DNA from: Catajapyx aquilonaris
Taxonomy: Eukaryota
DNA: 20,000 bases
Direction: 5' to 3'
Assembly (NCBI GenBank): GCA_000934665.2
Contig: JYFJ02002576.1
Location: 45,038 to 65,037, forward strand
In this document: in pieces, positions 1 to 10,458 of the stretch
How the letters are laid out: every line of letters begins with the position of its first letter
Numbering within the stretch: position 1 is the stretch's first letter
Translations under genes and position numbers: made by a program
The notes under the pieces: model-generated
Databases searched by the model: none
Seen by the model: the letters and a program-made list of their open reading frames with translations, nothing else
What the model was told of the DNA's origin: nothing

Positions 1-1209
1 CCTAAATATGAAATGTTATATCCGTGTTATTATTGTGGTGCTTCTGCGTATCTTCGAGCTGTAATGTATATGGAAAATATAGCGCCTCTCTCCTTACCAT
101 TTTTAGCGAAATGAACCTGTACCGGATGGTAACGTAAGGGTTTCTTTATTATTTCAGTCCGTCGATGTGGCGTCATTCGGCATCAAGGAAATTGTTGACA
201 AAGCCCCCAACTGGTATTGAACAATCCGCAAAGTTCCGCAACATGATCGTATGCATCACGTGGTCCATGTTAATAATCTGTCCCACACTGCAACCAGTTA
301 CTACTGTTATTTGCTCGATTACTGTGAGGGGCATAATTAGTACGTATATATGGTTGCATTCATTGTCAATCTGATGCCCACCTTATCGCCGCTGCCGCTC
401 TATATACTGTATAGCATATATGCCCTGCCGCGAGCATGCCGCAACTGCCGGCTTTTGGAAAAGAGTAGCCTATACGGTTTTCAAAGTCGGGTTTTCTGAC
501 CACACTGCAGTTTGGTTTCTGGCCGTGGAACCATTAGTAAAAAATAGTAATAATATTGCTTAATCGGTACCGCAATTTGTATACAGGTGCGGATTTAATA
601 TCGTTTGAGGGAAGTATAGGGTATCGCTGGTCTCCGCAGCTTATACAGTATAGTTGCCGAGGTAATGAGCTTCAAACAATAGGTATAAAATATCCTGGCA
701 GGTATGCATCCCTCCGCGCGACTTTACCCATTTCAGTTAGGTGTTGCCGTGCAGTTGCTGACTATAATCCTTTGTGCTACCGGATCATTCTGGTCATTAG
801 TATCTTGTAGTCTTTTCTAACGCATATATCGTGCAAAATGCAATTGTGGTTTAGGTCACAACTGCGCGAGTTAGCACGTTGCTTTATAAATTCCGTTTAA
901 TTTCAGTCCCTTTTTTCCATTCTTTATGGTCTTGCATCCATTGTGAGACCAGACCAACAAAGGGTGCCCCATTTCTTTCTTCCGTTACACTTTTGTACTG
1001 TTGTGAGCAAAAAAGCAGGTACAAGTCTAAACAAAAGTTTTACATGGAAGCATGTCCATAACAATCGTTGAATACCAAAATCTGCACTAGACAATGATGA
1101 AATTTTCCCATGTGACCAGGCTCCCTCTAGCAAGTCATGTATATACAAAGCTATGGACACTACATCATATGGACTGAACTTGCCCTGAGCCTAGTTTTTG
1201 CTCCCGTCG

Positions 1210-1812
1210 ACTCACAACCAAAGTAACTCTTCTTGCCCTCCTGAATTTTGAAATTTTTTGGATTTTATAATTCCGTTTGGCCTATAGTGTTGAGAAAACA
1301 TCACCTCCGATGCTAATTTCCACGTTAGCAGGGTGAAAATACAACCAAAAGGCGATGTTCCGAAGCCACAACACCTGCATCCGGCCGCGAGTCGCTGGTC
1401 CCGGCCTTTCACCGCGTCTGTAGCGCTCTCCGGTGCCGCGAAGGAGAAGGGTCATCTCGCACGCTTTGAAGTCGAAGTCGGTTATAATAATAGAGAGTTT
1501 TGGAGTCCTGGCTCTCCATTATTATAATCATCTTCGACTTCAAAGCGTGCGAGATGACCCTTCTCCTTCGCGGCACTACAGACGCGGTGAAAGGCGACCG
1601 CGACCGGGCAGCCGGGACCGGCGACTCGCGACAGGATGCAGGTGTTGTGGCTTCGGAACATCGCATTTTGGCTATATTTTCACCCTGCTAACGTGGAAAT
1701 TAGCAGCGGAGGTGATGTTTTCTCAACACTATACTGTATAGTCCAAGCAAAGTTTAAAAATACAAAAAAATCAAAATTCAGGAGGGTAAGAAGAGTTACT
1801 TTGGTTGTCAGT
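1210..1812. mobile_element. Foldback/palindromic non-autonomous DNA element (MITE-like), ~600 bp, ~290-300 bp inverted arms
   Basis: Left end ACTCACAACCAAAGTAACTCTTCTTGCCCTCCTGAATTTTGA (1210) is the reverse complement of the right end TCAAAATTCAGGAGGGTAAGAAGAGTTACTTTGGTTGTCAGT (1812) with 2 mismatches. Pairing continues to a ~14-nt centre (1498-1511), with a few indels: 10 nt extra in the left arm, 17 nt and 7 nt extra in the right arm. No clear TSD, no coding capacity. Confidence 0.85.
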
Positions 1813-3289
1813 TGTGAATATGAATACCTGAAATGTAGAACGATCAGAGTCACATTTTGGGCAAAATTGAGTTATCCAATCCTTAGTATAATCTTCAAGA
1901 TGATCAAGCCAGTTTTCTGATAGAGAAATTACAGGCCTCTAGCTACAGACATTTGTGGAAAAATAGTTACATAAGTTACGTAATAATGCAATAGTCAACC
2001 TTCACATCATCATATCTCGAAATCAGTCTGCACTCAAGGTCTTCATACGAAAATGTGCACAGTTTACACTCTCTCAGCTCTCATGATGCTTTCCAAAATG
2101 AAAAGAGCTATATTCGTGCCTGCAATCGCATCCGTGCCCATTAACAAAATCTTGGCGGTTTTACCAACACAAGCCATTTAAGGTTGTATACCTTAACGGC
2201 CACTCTGGTTGTAGGAGCCAATCAAGAGCGATGATAGATAGAGCTTGTCAGACCTTTTACACCGATGTAAATGATCGAATAAAAGTAAAGGCGATAGAGG
2301 GTTATCGCCGTTTGCAGGCTTAATCCTCCGAATCGTATCGAGAGCATCAACAAACCCCGGGACGCTTTGTCAAGCCCTGGCCATCAACTCCCTTGCCGTT
2401 ACTCGATTAGGGCTTATTGTGTGCCATATTGTAATAGTCCGCCGAATTGGGCCTATTAATGGAGCTAACACTCGTATATCAATATGTAAACCGACGATCA
2501 ATGAAAGTTGACGCGGGTCGGTTGGGATGGGTGACGAATACTCGCACACAGTGTGCACCAGACAAAATGTGCATGGTTTTCCACACTATTGGTACGACCA
2601 GTACAACCCGCACGCATTGTCAAGTTTTGTAGGCGGGGTTTTGTCACTGGCAAACCAGGCATGTGTTACTGCTCCCAACAATTTCCAACGCTGTTGTCAC
2701 ACATCACAATGCCAATATAAACACGCCATCACTCTGTCTTGTGGAATGAATCATATTGTACCTTTGTCAATCATCGCCGTGACATTAATTGCTGGCCAAG
2801 AGGTAATAATTTGGATGGTCCAGGCTGACGGTTGTTCCCAACGTCACGCTTGTAGATGGAAGTATCAGGGCTGGCATGACGTACCGTGACATACTGGCTG
2901 TTATTAATACGTACTGTACAAATATCGCGTCGATCGGAACTGGCACGTGACTGCTCAGAATGAGTGTGACGTCCTTATAGATGGCACCCGATCATCAAAA
3001 TGGGCTCCTTCCGCCCACTTCTGGTGATCGCCTTTAGAAAATTGCAATATCAGCTCTTGAAACCGCTGGAAGGCTTTATTGCCGCATTTTAAATCGAGAA
3101 GCCGCGCTGGAATTGCCATTCACGCATAATCGCTTCCTCGGAGATGAGGCTCTAATTTCCAGCCGGCGATCATTCTTCTTGGCCTTTCCTCAACGGTGTT
3201 TGGTACTCGTGCTGATGGAAAAGCTGCGGGTTTTTTTTAGTAGGTGGATGTGGGAAGCTGTGATTGCCAAAAGTCAGCCCGGATTGAAG

Positions 3290-3308
3290 AGGCAGGCAGG
3301 CAGGCAGG
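3290..3308. repeat. Short (AGGC)n tetranucleotide microsatellite
   Basis: AGGCAGGCAGGCAGGCAGG read directly. Confidence 0.7.
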
Positions 3309-4533
3309 AGGAAATGCATTCCATTCCAAATACTGCCTCCCCTTTGGGCGAGGTGCTCACTCCGTACATTGCACTGCTGGTGTCGCTGGAGCTCCATTTG
3401 GTGAGCAAATATTTGGCCAGGACTTACTACCACCAACACCGGAAAGCGCCTCTTCAAATCGTCAGGAAGACCACAAGGCCTGGACTGCCGGAGGGTTGAC
3501 TTTTAGTGCTAGCTCTGCCTTTGCAATATTCACTTTTCGACGCCCTAAACACTCGTAGATATAATATCCTCACGGTGTCTAACAAGTAAGTGCTATGTAG
3601 ACAGCTCCCATTTATAGAAAAGCCATGAATATTGAGTGTATCTGTGAATAATAACGTTTCAATGGATTCGTTGTCAGTTTGTACACTTGGGCGATTTTGG
3701 TCAGCTTTTATTGGCACCGAAAAAATACAGCTAGCGTTAGGTGTATACCAATATTATTCCTGTACAGTACTATGTCGCGGGTTATCCTGGCTTGGATGCA
3801 ACCCATTGCACAGGTGTGCATTGTGTGTGTCCACAAAGACAGCTAAGGCGGCTCCGATGCCGAACAAAGCAGATATATGGGACGGGGTCAGATAAGCAAC
3901 ACACATCTGTGCAATGGGTTGCATGAAATAAGCCAGGATGCGACAATCCTTGTTTGGGTGATAGTACTACAGTACATGCCAGGTACGCATTCTGCCGAAC
4001 TATTCAAAATGTTAAACAGTACCAAAGAAAATAGTGGCCACTATTGTCCAGGAATTATGGCGGAGTTAAACCTGTGGGCCGACAGATAATAACGTGGCCA
4101 ATAAAGTAATGGATTACCACCATGCCATTATAGATCGTTGGGCGAGGTGCTTTTGATACCTTGTATTTATTACACTTTTATCTTGATATTCTTTTAAGTT
4201 TGGGGCATATGCCATTGTGGCAACGGATACCGTCATTTTTATAGCGTGCCATAGAGAGTACAAAACGGGTGCATCGACTCTCTTTCAACCAGGGAAACCT
4301 CACAAAAGAGCAGTCCACCATATGCCAGGTTTAGTCCACCTGAATTCATGTAACATCATCAGTCGATAAGCTTATGTTCCGAATCTGTTAAAATCTTTTG
4401 TGGTAATTGAACAATATGCAATATCCACAAAGGCTGACACAGTATCCGTTATTTTAAGGGTTATGTGATGTTTCTTTTAAATTTAACGACTCCCATTTCC
4501 AGCGTACTGGAAGAAAGAAAAAGGCGTCATTTT

Positions 4534-4864
4534 TTTACCCCGTGATAGGGCTGAGCCCTTATAGGGAGGTGGCACACCACCATCAGCTTTCTAGAGTGTA
4601 GTTTTTTCTTCAGTCTCCGGTACAAGGAATCAAGGACATAGGGTAAGGATATGGATTCTTGGGGAGGGGACACGGGTGCAAGTGCATTGTCTCAAATTGG
4701 GCCATGTGCAGTCCCCCAGGAGGTTAGGTTGCCAGACACCTTCAAGGTGCAGGTCAGAGACCCTCCCGACTAAGGCGAAAGGGATCTCCCAGGCGGGGAT
4801 CGAACCTGGGACCTTTCACTCAGCAAGCCCAGACGTTACCACCTCAGCAACAACACGTCCCCCT
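4534..4864 (-). mobile_element. tRNA-derived SINE, apparently full length (~330 bp), with 15-bp TSD
   Basis: The minus-strand 5' head has a Pol III A-box-like TTGCTGAGGTGG (4850-4839) and B-box GGTTCGATCCC (4806-4796). The 3' end has a small stem-loop AGGGC-TCA-GCCCT (4559-4547) and a short A tail. Flanking direct repeats are AAAAGGCGTCATTTT (4519-4533) and AAAAGACGTCATTTT (4865-4879), 14/15 identical. Confidence 0.85.
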
Positions 4865-6425
4865 AAAAGACGTCATTTTAAAATCTGATTTTTTTAAACG
4901 TAGCATTATTTTGCTTAGATTTCAGTAGATGATCATAAGTTAGTGATAGGCAGGTAACAGAAACTAGATTATTGACTATTCGCAAGGTAAGAAGGCAAGA
5001 TCGTTTCCCTGCCATGCCCAAATGACGCCCAGAGCTCCGAAGAGAACCACTATCGCAGAACTGCAAATGGTGGAAGCCTCATCTACAATCTTATTCACGA
5101 CCTGCTTGGCACATAAATAATTCCGCATTACTTCTCTTAGTAATTCCCCTGCATTTTTCCCCACTTTCCTAAAAGTTTGACCTAGTACTTAAAGCCTCGA
5201 CTTTCCACCTAATCCAAGTGGTGGCATCAATCAGCAATCTCCCCTGCTATATACCACATCTGCCAAGTCGCAAGTGGCTCAACTGCATTTGCTTGAGCTT
5301 GTTCAGACGATCCAAAGATCTGCAGGGTAGTTACCATGCCTAAATCTGGCTAAACTTGTGCATTTGATTCTCAGCCGGCGGCCTTGTTTCACCTAGCTTG
5401 CCTTATCCCCTCTCCCCAACAGCCGCCTTCCCTCCCTACCCCTTTTCCCTCCCCAACAACACCAGTTCTGCACTTCAGCGTCTACGACCCAATTGAATAG
5501 CACTTGGCAAACTTCCTCGCCTTGGATTTCGGGGCCGCAAGGTGGAATAGAAGAAGAGAAGCTTCCTGGAGTCCCCCAACCTTCCACCCAAAATTTTACC
5601 TGTTTAGGCCTAGGAAAGCGTGCTTAAGTTGCCCTCATGCACACTCTTTGGCAACTGCCACAGTGCTGACTGTCAGACCTTGGCTTTTTCCATGGGGTTC
5701 GGAGGTATCATCTCTAATGTTATTGGAACATTATTCGCTCCCTGCATTGGAGAACTGCGCCATGCTGCTAGAGCGGTATCAGTGCGGATAGTAGCCAAAG
5801 TTTTTCTGCACTTCGTGGAATCCAGTGCGGAATTCGTGGGCCAGATCTGAAATGCCAGGCCTTGATGATCAATGCGGCTGCTGCAATTGACCAGCGTTTG
5901 CTAATAGCCTGAAGTAATCGACGTTTGAATTCTGATTTGAGAATAATCCTGATGGACGAGCTGTGGTGGGTCCAGTATAACGGATAATGGTGGTTTCAAT
6001 TGTTCTAGTGTCATATTCATATTCCTAAAGTGGTTCACTAGCAACCAACACTGTAACAAATTCTGCATCAGCAGTTCACCATAGGTGAAATCTATAGCTC
6101 CGTGTTATGTGCAGTATATCACAGTGGTGATTATAAATTGCAAACTTGGTGCCGTAAATAGAGCATCCTAAAGCGTACCACTTTCAGTTTGGTACAATAT
6201 GACATTTATGATACAAGTTAGTGAATAATATCAAAGGCTACTTACGCGATTTCAGCCTCATCTGCCAGATGCGTTCTGCAAGTCAAAAGGTCCGACTGTG
6301 AAAGTTGGATACGAGGTGTTACCAAAATACTAATTGCAGAAGTAATTTGCTATGCATGGTGGTTCACTGCCCAAATCACCGGTTAAAGAGGGGAAGGGAA
6401 AGATGTTAGTCCTTTTCTGACCAAG

Positions 6426-6478
6426 GACTTGCTATTTTTTCTGACTTGCGTCAAATATATCAGAAAGAATAGCAAGTC
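6426..6478. other. Near-perfect 19-bp inverted repeat/hairpin with 15-nt loop
   Basis: GACTTGCTATTTTTTCTGA (6426-6444) pairs with TCAGAAAGAATAGCAAGTC (6460-6478): 18 Watson-Crick pairs plus one G-U on the + strand. Function unknown. Confidence 0.7.
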
Positions 6479-7238
6479 ATATCGTAATGTTCTGGCCCTT
6501 GAACAACCGCAACCGATAATGTCAAAGATAAATATATAGGCCTACCGACCCCCTACACTTTCTTCGTTCCAGCTGAGAATCAGGCATTGAGCAGATCGTA
6601 CGCCCCCCTTTAATGCTACCTCCCATCCGCAGCGTTCCAATCACCTGAAGAGCAGTACAGTACGTAAGAGGATGCAGTTTGAAAGACGTGCTTTGAGGCG
6701 GCAACACTGCGACATGTTTGTTCCCCGCTTGTCAGCTGGCGGGGAAGAGCAGGTGTGGGGTGCCTTGGGAGATCTTTTTAGAGTACTGCCAGTCGCTTTG
6801 TTGATCACAACATATTGTAGTATAGACTGATTGTTTTATACCATTAAAGTCAGTCAATTACTGTAAATTAAAGTACAAAATTAGAGTGTACGTAATCAGC
6901 GTTTCTATACGTAATTATCTAACAAATAAGGTCCTGTTTTACCAGTGTACAATAGGTAGACTAGCCACAGATCACATTTGAAAATTACTGCTACATGTAA
7001 CGATGTGACGCTAAGTTAAAAATAGATTTGTGGCTAAACATCACCCTGTTTAAGTTCAAGAGCTGATGAATAATAAGAAATACACTTACATAATTCCAGT
7101 TTGCAATGTACACGTTACATACTATATAAGCCTTGACCTTTTTACTGCGCATGACATGCTGAATAATGCACTCTGCAATTTATATTTTATGTCCTACATG
7201 AAAGCTTTTAACTTACAATACCACAATATAATTTTAAT

Positions 7239-7239
<1 letters not shown>

Positions 7240-7302
<63 letters not shown>
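7240..7302. repeat. (TAT)21 microsatellite
   Basis: Perfect TAT run; explains the poly-Tyr in ORF 7066..7431. Confidence 0.98.
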
Positions 7303-7303
<1 letters not shown>

Positions 7304-7642
7304 GATGGATGATCCGATATTACACCACATTCGCCCAACTCGATTTTATGCAGAACGTAAACAATACTAATGGGTATGGTGTCACTCTGAAAATGGATTC
7401 CGAGTATTTCATTTGTGGTTCACGTTTATAACAATTTGCAACCAATCCTGACAGAACTGTAACAGTCAAAGCTAACTTGGCAAACCATCATGCAATTAAT
7501 CTTTCAAAAATCTAATGTTAATTAATGTTCATGATAGAGCACTTTGCGCAGAGTTGGCATTCCTGCCTCACTGGCACAGTTGTCTAAACCAAGGAGTTCA
7601 ACACTAAAACAAGGACCTATACCCAAGGGGTTAGCAACTCCC

Positions 7643-7726
7643 TGGAACCGGTGTACACACTGGCCAAGGAACCAGGTGGAACCGCCTTGGAACCGCCCTG
7701 GAACCGCCCTGGAACCGGGTGGAAAC
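7643..7726. repeat. Short minisatellite, ~11-bp unit TGGAACCGCCC
   Basis: Tandem units at 7677, 7688, 7699 and 7710; degenerate copies at 7643, 7668 and 7720; a further CTGGAACCGG at ~7927. Confidence 0.8.
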
Positions 7727-7761
7727 TGTAGGCTGCATATAAGTGATGACATCTCGAATGA

Positions 7762-7916
7762 CATCCTGATAAATATGCAACCGCATGCTTGTCGAAGTAG
7801 ATGTATAACCGACAGGATGAGAAACATTTCAAGAAAATTTTTGCAACTGAATGTTGCTCATCCTGCCAGTTATACGTCTACTGCGACAATCATGCGGTTG
7901 CATAGCTATTAGGATG
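7762..7916. mobile_element. 155-bp palindromic MITE-like element (arms ~68 bp)
   Basis: The left arm CATCCTGATAAATATGCAACCGCATGCTTGTCGAAGTAGATGTATAACCGACAGGATGAGAAACATT matches the reverse complement of 7850-7916 with about 9 substitutions. Loop ~7832-7847. No TSD seen. Confidence 0.75.
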
Positions 7917-8354
7917 CACAAACTCACTGGAACCGGCCCTAACAGGAAATCCAGCCTTCGTTTCAGATGTGTAAGTGTATGTTTGTTTGTTCATGTAGAA
8001 GTTACATGTATCAATTTTCAGGCATTACCGAGGAGGCGAAAGTATAGTAGGTAGGTGGTTCAGTTTCGATGTCACAGAGCTCCCTCGTCTCTAACGGACA
8101 CCTTCATCCGGTTAATACGGCATTAGAATCTAATAGGATTATAAGCAGATAGATACACATAAGGGTATTAGTAGAACGTGGATAACACAAAATAATGTGT
8201 CTGTCTTTCTCCTATCAATGCATATGACATTCCATAGGTATACCAAAATGGGACGTTTAAGGGGGAACAAGGAGCAAAGTAGCTTTGCTATTAAAGTTAT
8301 TTGCTGCTTTTATTACACGAGTTTTGTTGGTTTTACATTCGTTTATATTAGTGC

Positions 8355-8406
8355 TATATGCGTTATAATATTATGTGTTATATGCGTTATATGCGTTATT
8401 ATGCGT
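8355..8406. repeat. Degenerate 9-bp tandem repeat (TATATGCGT)
   Basis: TATATGCGT/TTATGTGT/TATGCGT units repeated about 5 times. Confidence 0.6.
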
Positions 8407-9594
8407 GAAGAGCATCCACATTTGCTATGTATTTTGAATGAACTAAATTCCCCGCCAATATAGAGAAAGCAAAAGTCGCAGGACAATCGATGGCAATATC
8501 CGGTACTTTAACGAAACTCCGCTCCAGTTGTCTTCTAGCACTAACTTGACATAATTACTGCAATGGAATGAGGGCTAAGAAGCAGCAACTGAATAGTCCT
8601 CTAATAAGGTTCAAAAAAAATGTATCACTTCCAATAGTCTCCCAGATTTTCCTGTACTGGTGACATGAAGAGCTAAAATGGGGGATGCTGGAACATCGAT
8701 CCTTCAACACAATCCTCTTTGGGTTAGGTACGGGGCCAAGTGATGGGGCCGAACAAGCCGTTTCTCTCCACAACCCCTCCCATCCCCCNGAAACTGGTAT
8801 CGACCATTGGGCCTCCTCCCTTCCTTTTTTTGCAATGGCCATATTCCGTGATGGGTTGGACCCACACTTTTTTTTTTTAAAAAAAAAAGGAGTCAATGTG
8901 ACCACCTCTTGAGAGAAAGAGAAATATGCAGAAAGTGAAATGCCAAGTGTCGGCAATGATAAACGACCCCTTCGCGTTCGGACCCGGAATTCCGCGGGAC
9001 AGCCTATAATGTCATACCCTGCGTGACCTTATGTCCTTTCCCTTTACATAATCACGAACCCGCCATCCAGAATTTCAAAGTCCTTGTCCGGAAACCTGGC
9101 CCCGAGGGGTGGGAGAGGGAGGAAGAACAGCCCTATTGAAATTTATGAAAGCTTTAATACTTGGTGCAGGTGTATCGAGTGCGCCTGGCAGTAATTCACG
9201 GGACGCTCTCGTCCAACATTTTCCAGGAGCCTTAATCTAAATTGAATCTTGATAGGGCCTCCCCCGTAATTCATCAGCGGGGGAGGAAAGTTTTAGGTCT
9301 ATTAAAATGCCTGGCTCGGGCCTTGTCCCCTTGCTATTCAGAAGCTGCCCTCTGACAATAGTTGGGAGCTGTGCAATCGTCTCTTTTCATCGCTCCGAAC
9401 AAAAGTGTCTCCCCCTGAAAAACTTGTTTCCTGGGACGCTCAAGTGCATTCATGTCATTTGCCATCAGGTAGAGAGCCCGGCCTTCCATCTGTCTGCTTT
9501 CTCTTTTTGTTGCCCATCCTCTTTCTAGTTATTGCAATCAACATGTCACTCAAACTATTCCAACGGGAATGTATTAATCGCCCAAGAGACGCGC

Positions 9595-10100
9595 ACTGTG
9601 TACTAGTTGAAATATAGCTCATGTTCAACGTATCCTCCTTTGAAATTTATGAACATGGCATGGCTGCCCTTTACACAACAATATACCGTACCTTACAAGT
9701 TCGAATAATAATCCAAAGCAGAATATGTGCATGCGCCTTTAAACGGGCTGAAATAGTAAACAATCCATCAATTTTTACATATTCTAGACTACGCATTTCA
9801 GTTTTTTTTGCTCTAACATAATAAAGTTGATGTACTGTATTAGTATTAGTAGATAACTTTAACATAACTTACTATACTTCACACATCCACTAGTCAAATT
9901 CTGGCAGTTTCGAGTTATTTACACCATCGAGTAGCATATTACTGTCGCCTAGTAAAGTCCGTTTAGGCCTAAAGATTCATTATGAGCCAGCAAGCCATGT
10001 TCTGCCTTAACTCGCATGTAAGAAGTGCAAGGTAAAATCTTTGCTTTGGCTTATCTCTAAACAGGTCTTTTGAACACTGAATTTCTAATGGTGGTAATCC
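9595..10100 (-). pseudogene. Decayed Helitron/Helentron Rep (HUH rolling-circle initiator) fragment
   Basis: Minus-strand translation across frameshifts gives four collinear Rep-like blocks. (1) GLPPLEIQCSKDLF at 10100-10059, cf. GSPPYWxxxxKDLFAMIRQLG. (2) NNS-TAR-FD at 9919-9893, cf. NPVTAARxFD. (3) FQ-x-RLKAHAHILLW at 9753-9713, cf. HUH motif EFQxRGxPHxHILLW. (4) CS*ISKED..EHELxQLV at 9655-9601, cf. AEIPDxxxDPELYxLV. Stops and indels throughout. Confidence 0.6.
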
Positions 10101-10400
10101 ACACCCCTAAAAGGGCTTCGTTCCCTCCAATGGGGTAAAACAAAAAAGAAACTCTGGATTTCGCTTGCATTCCGACGATATAATAATGTAAAAAATTACT
10201 AAATGTTGCATAATTACAGTAACGATATTTATATTCTAAATAATATTGTGTAACAGATCATATATAGGCTATAAGCAAACGGAAATTGCTGCATTGTTAA
10301 GTAGGCTACTTTAGCAGGGTTTTTTTATTTCAGTGCCACGCAGCTGGACAGTCAACCCATGCAACTTTCCACAGTCAGGCCTATAAGTATTTTATTCTAN

Positions 10401-10455
<55 letters not shown>
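10401..10455. repeat. (CT)n microsatellite, ~27 units, next to an N
   Basis: Perfect CT run preceded by N at 10400, so its length may be an assembly artefact. Confidence 0.98.

Positions 10456-10458
<3 letters not shown>

Noticed and set aside
141..340. Strong splice acceptor (TTTCTTTATTATTTCAG) followed by SVDVASFGIKEIVDKAPNWY* and an open frame after the TGA
   Set aside because: No recognisable protein, no partner exons and no SECIS seen; cannot support an exon or selenocysteine call.
1212..1920. Cluster of overlapping ORFs on both strands with mutually similar peptides
   Set aside because: Artefact of the GC-rich palindrome; the arms translate into each other.
2341..2889. Nearly open + frame including the 120-aa ORF
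   Set aside because: No recognisable domain or splice structure.
5750..6000. Minus-strand YTGP...VDYFRLL and HWIP...LSALI reminiscent of a piggyBac N-terminus
   Set aside because: Too few conserved residues, no TTAA/TIR and no downstream catalytic motifs.
7066..7431. 121-aa ORF with poly-tyrosine
   Set aside because: The open frame is created by the (TAT)21 microsatellite.
7643..7726. GGAACC repeats as a possible CRISPR-like array
   Set aside because: Units are contiguous ~11-mers without unique spacers; eukaryotic context and no cas genes.
8789..8789. N base (also at 10400)
   Set aside because: Assembly ambiguity or gap marker, not biology; continuity across these points is uncertain.
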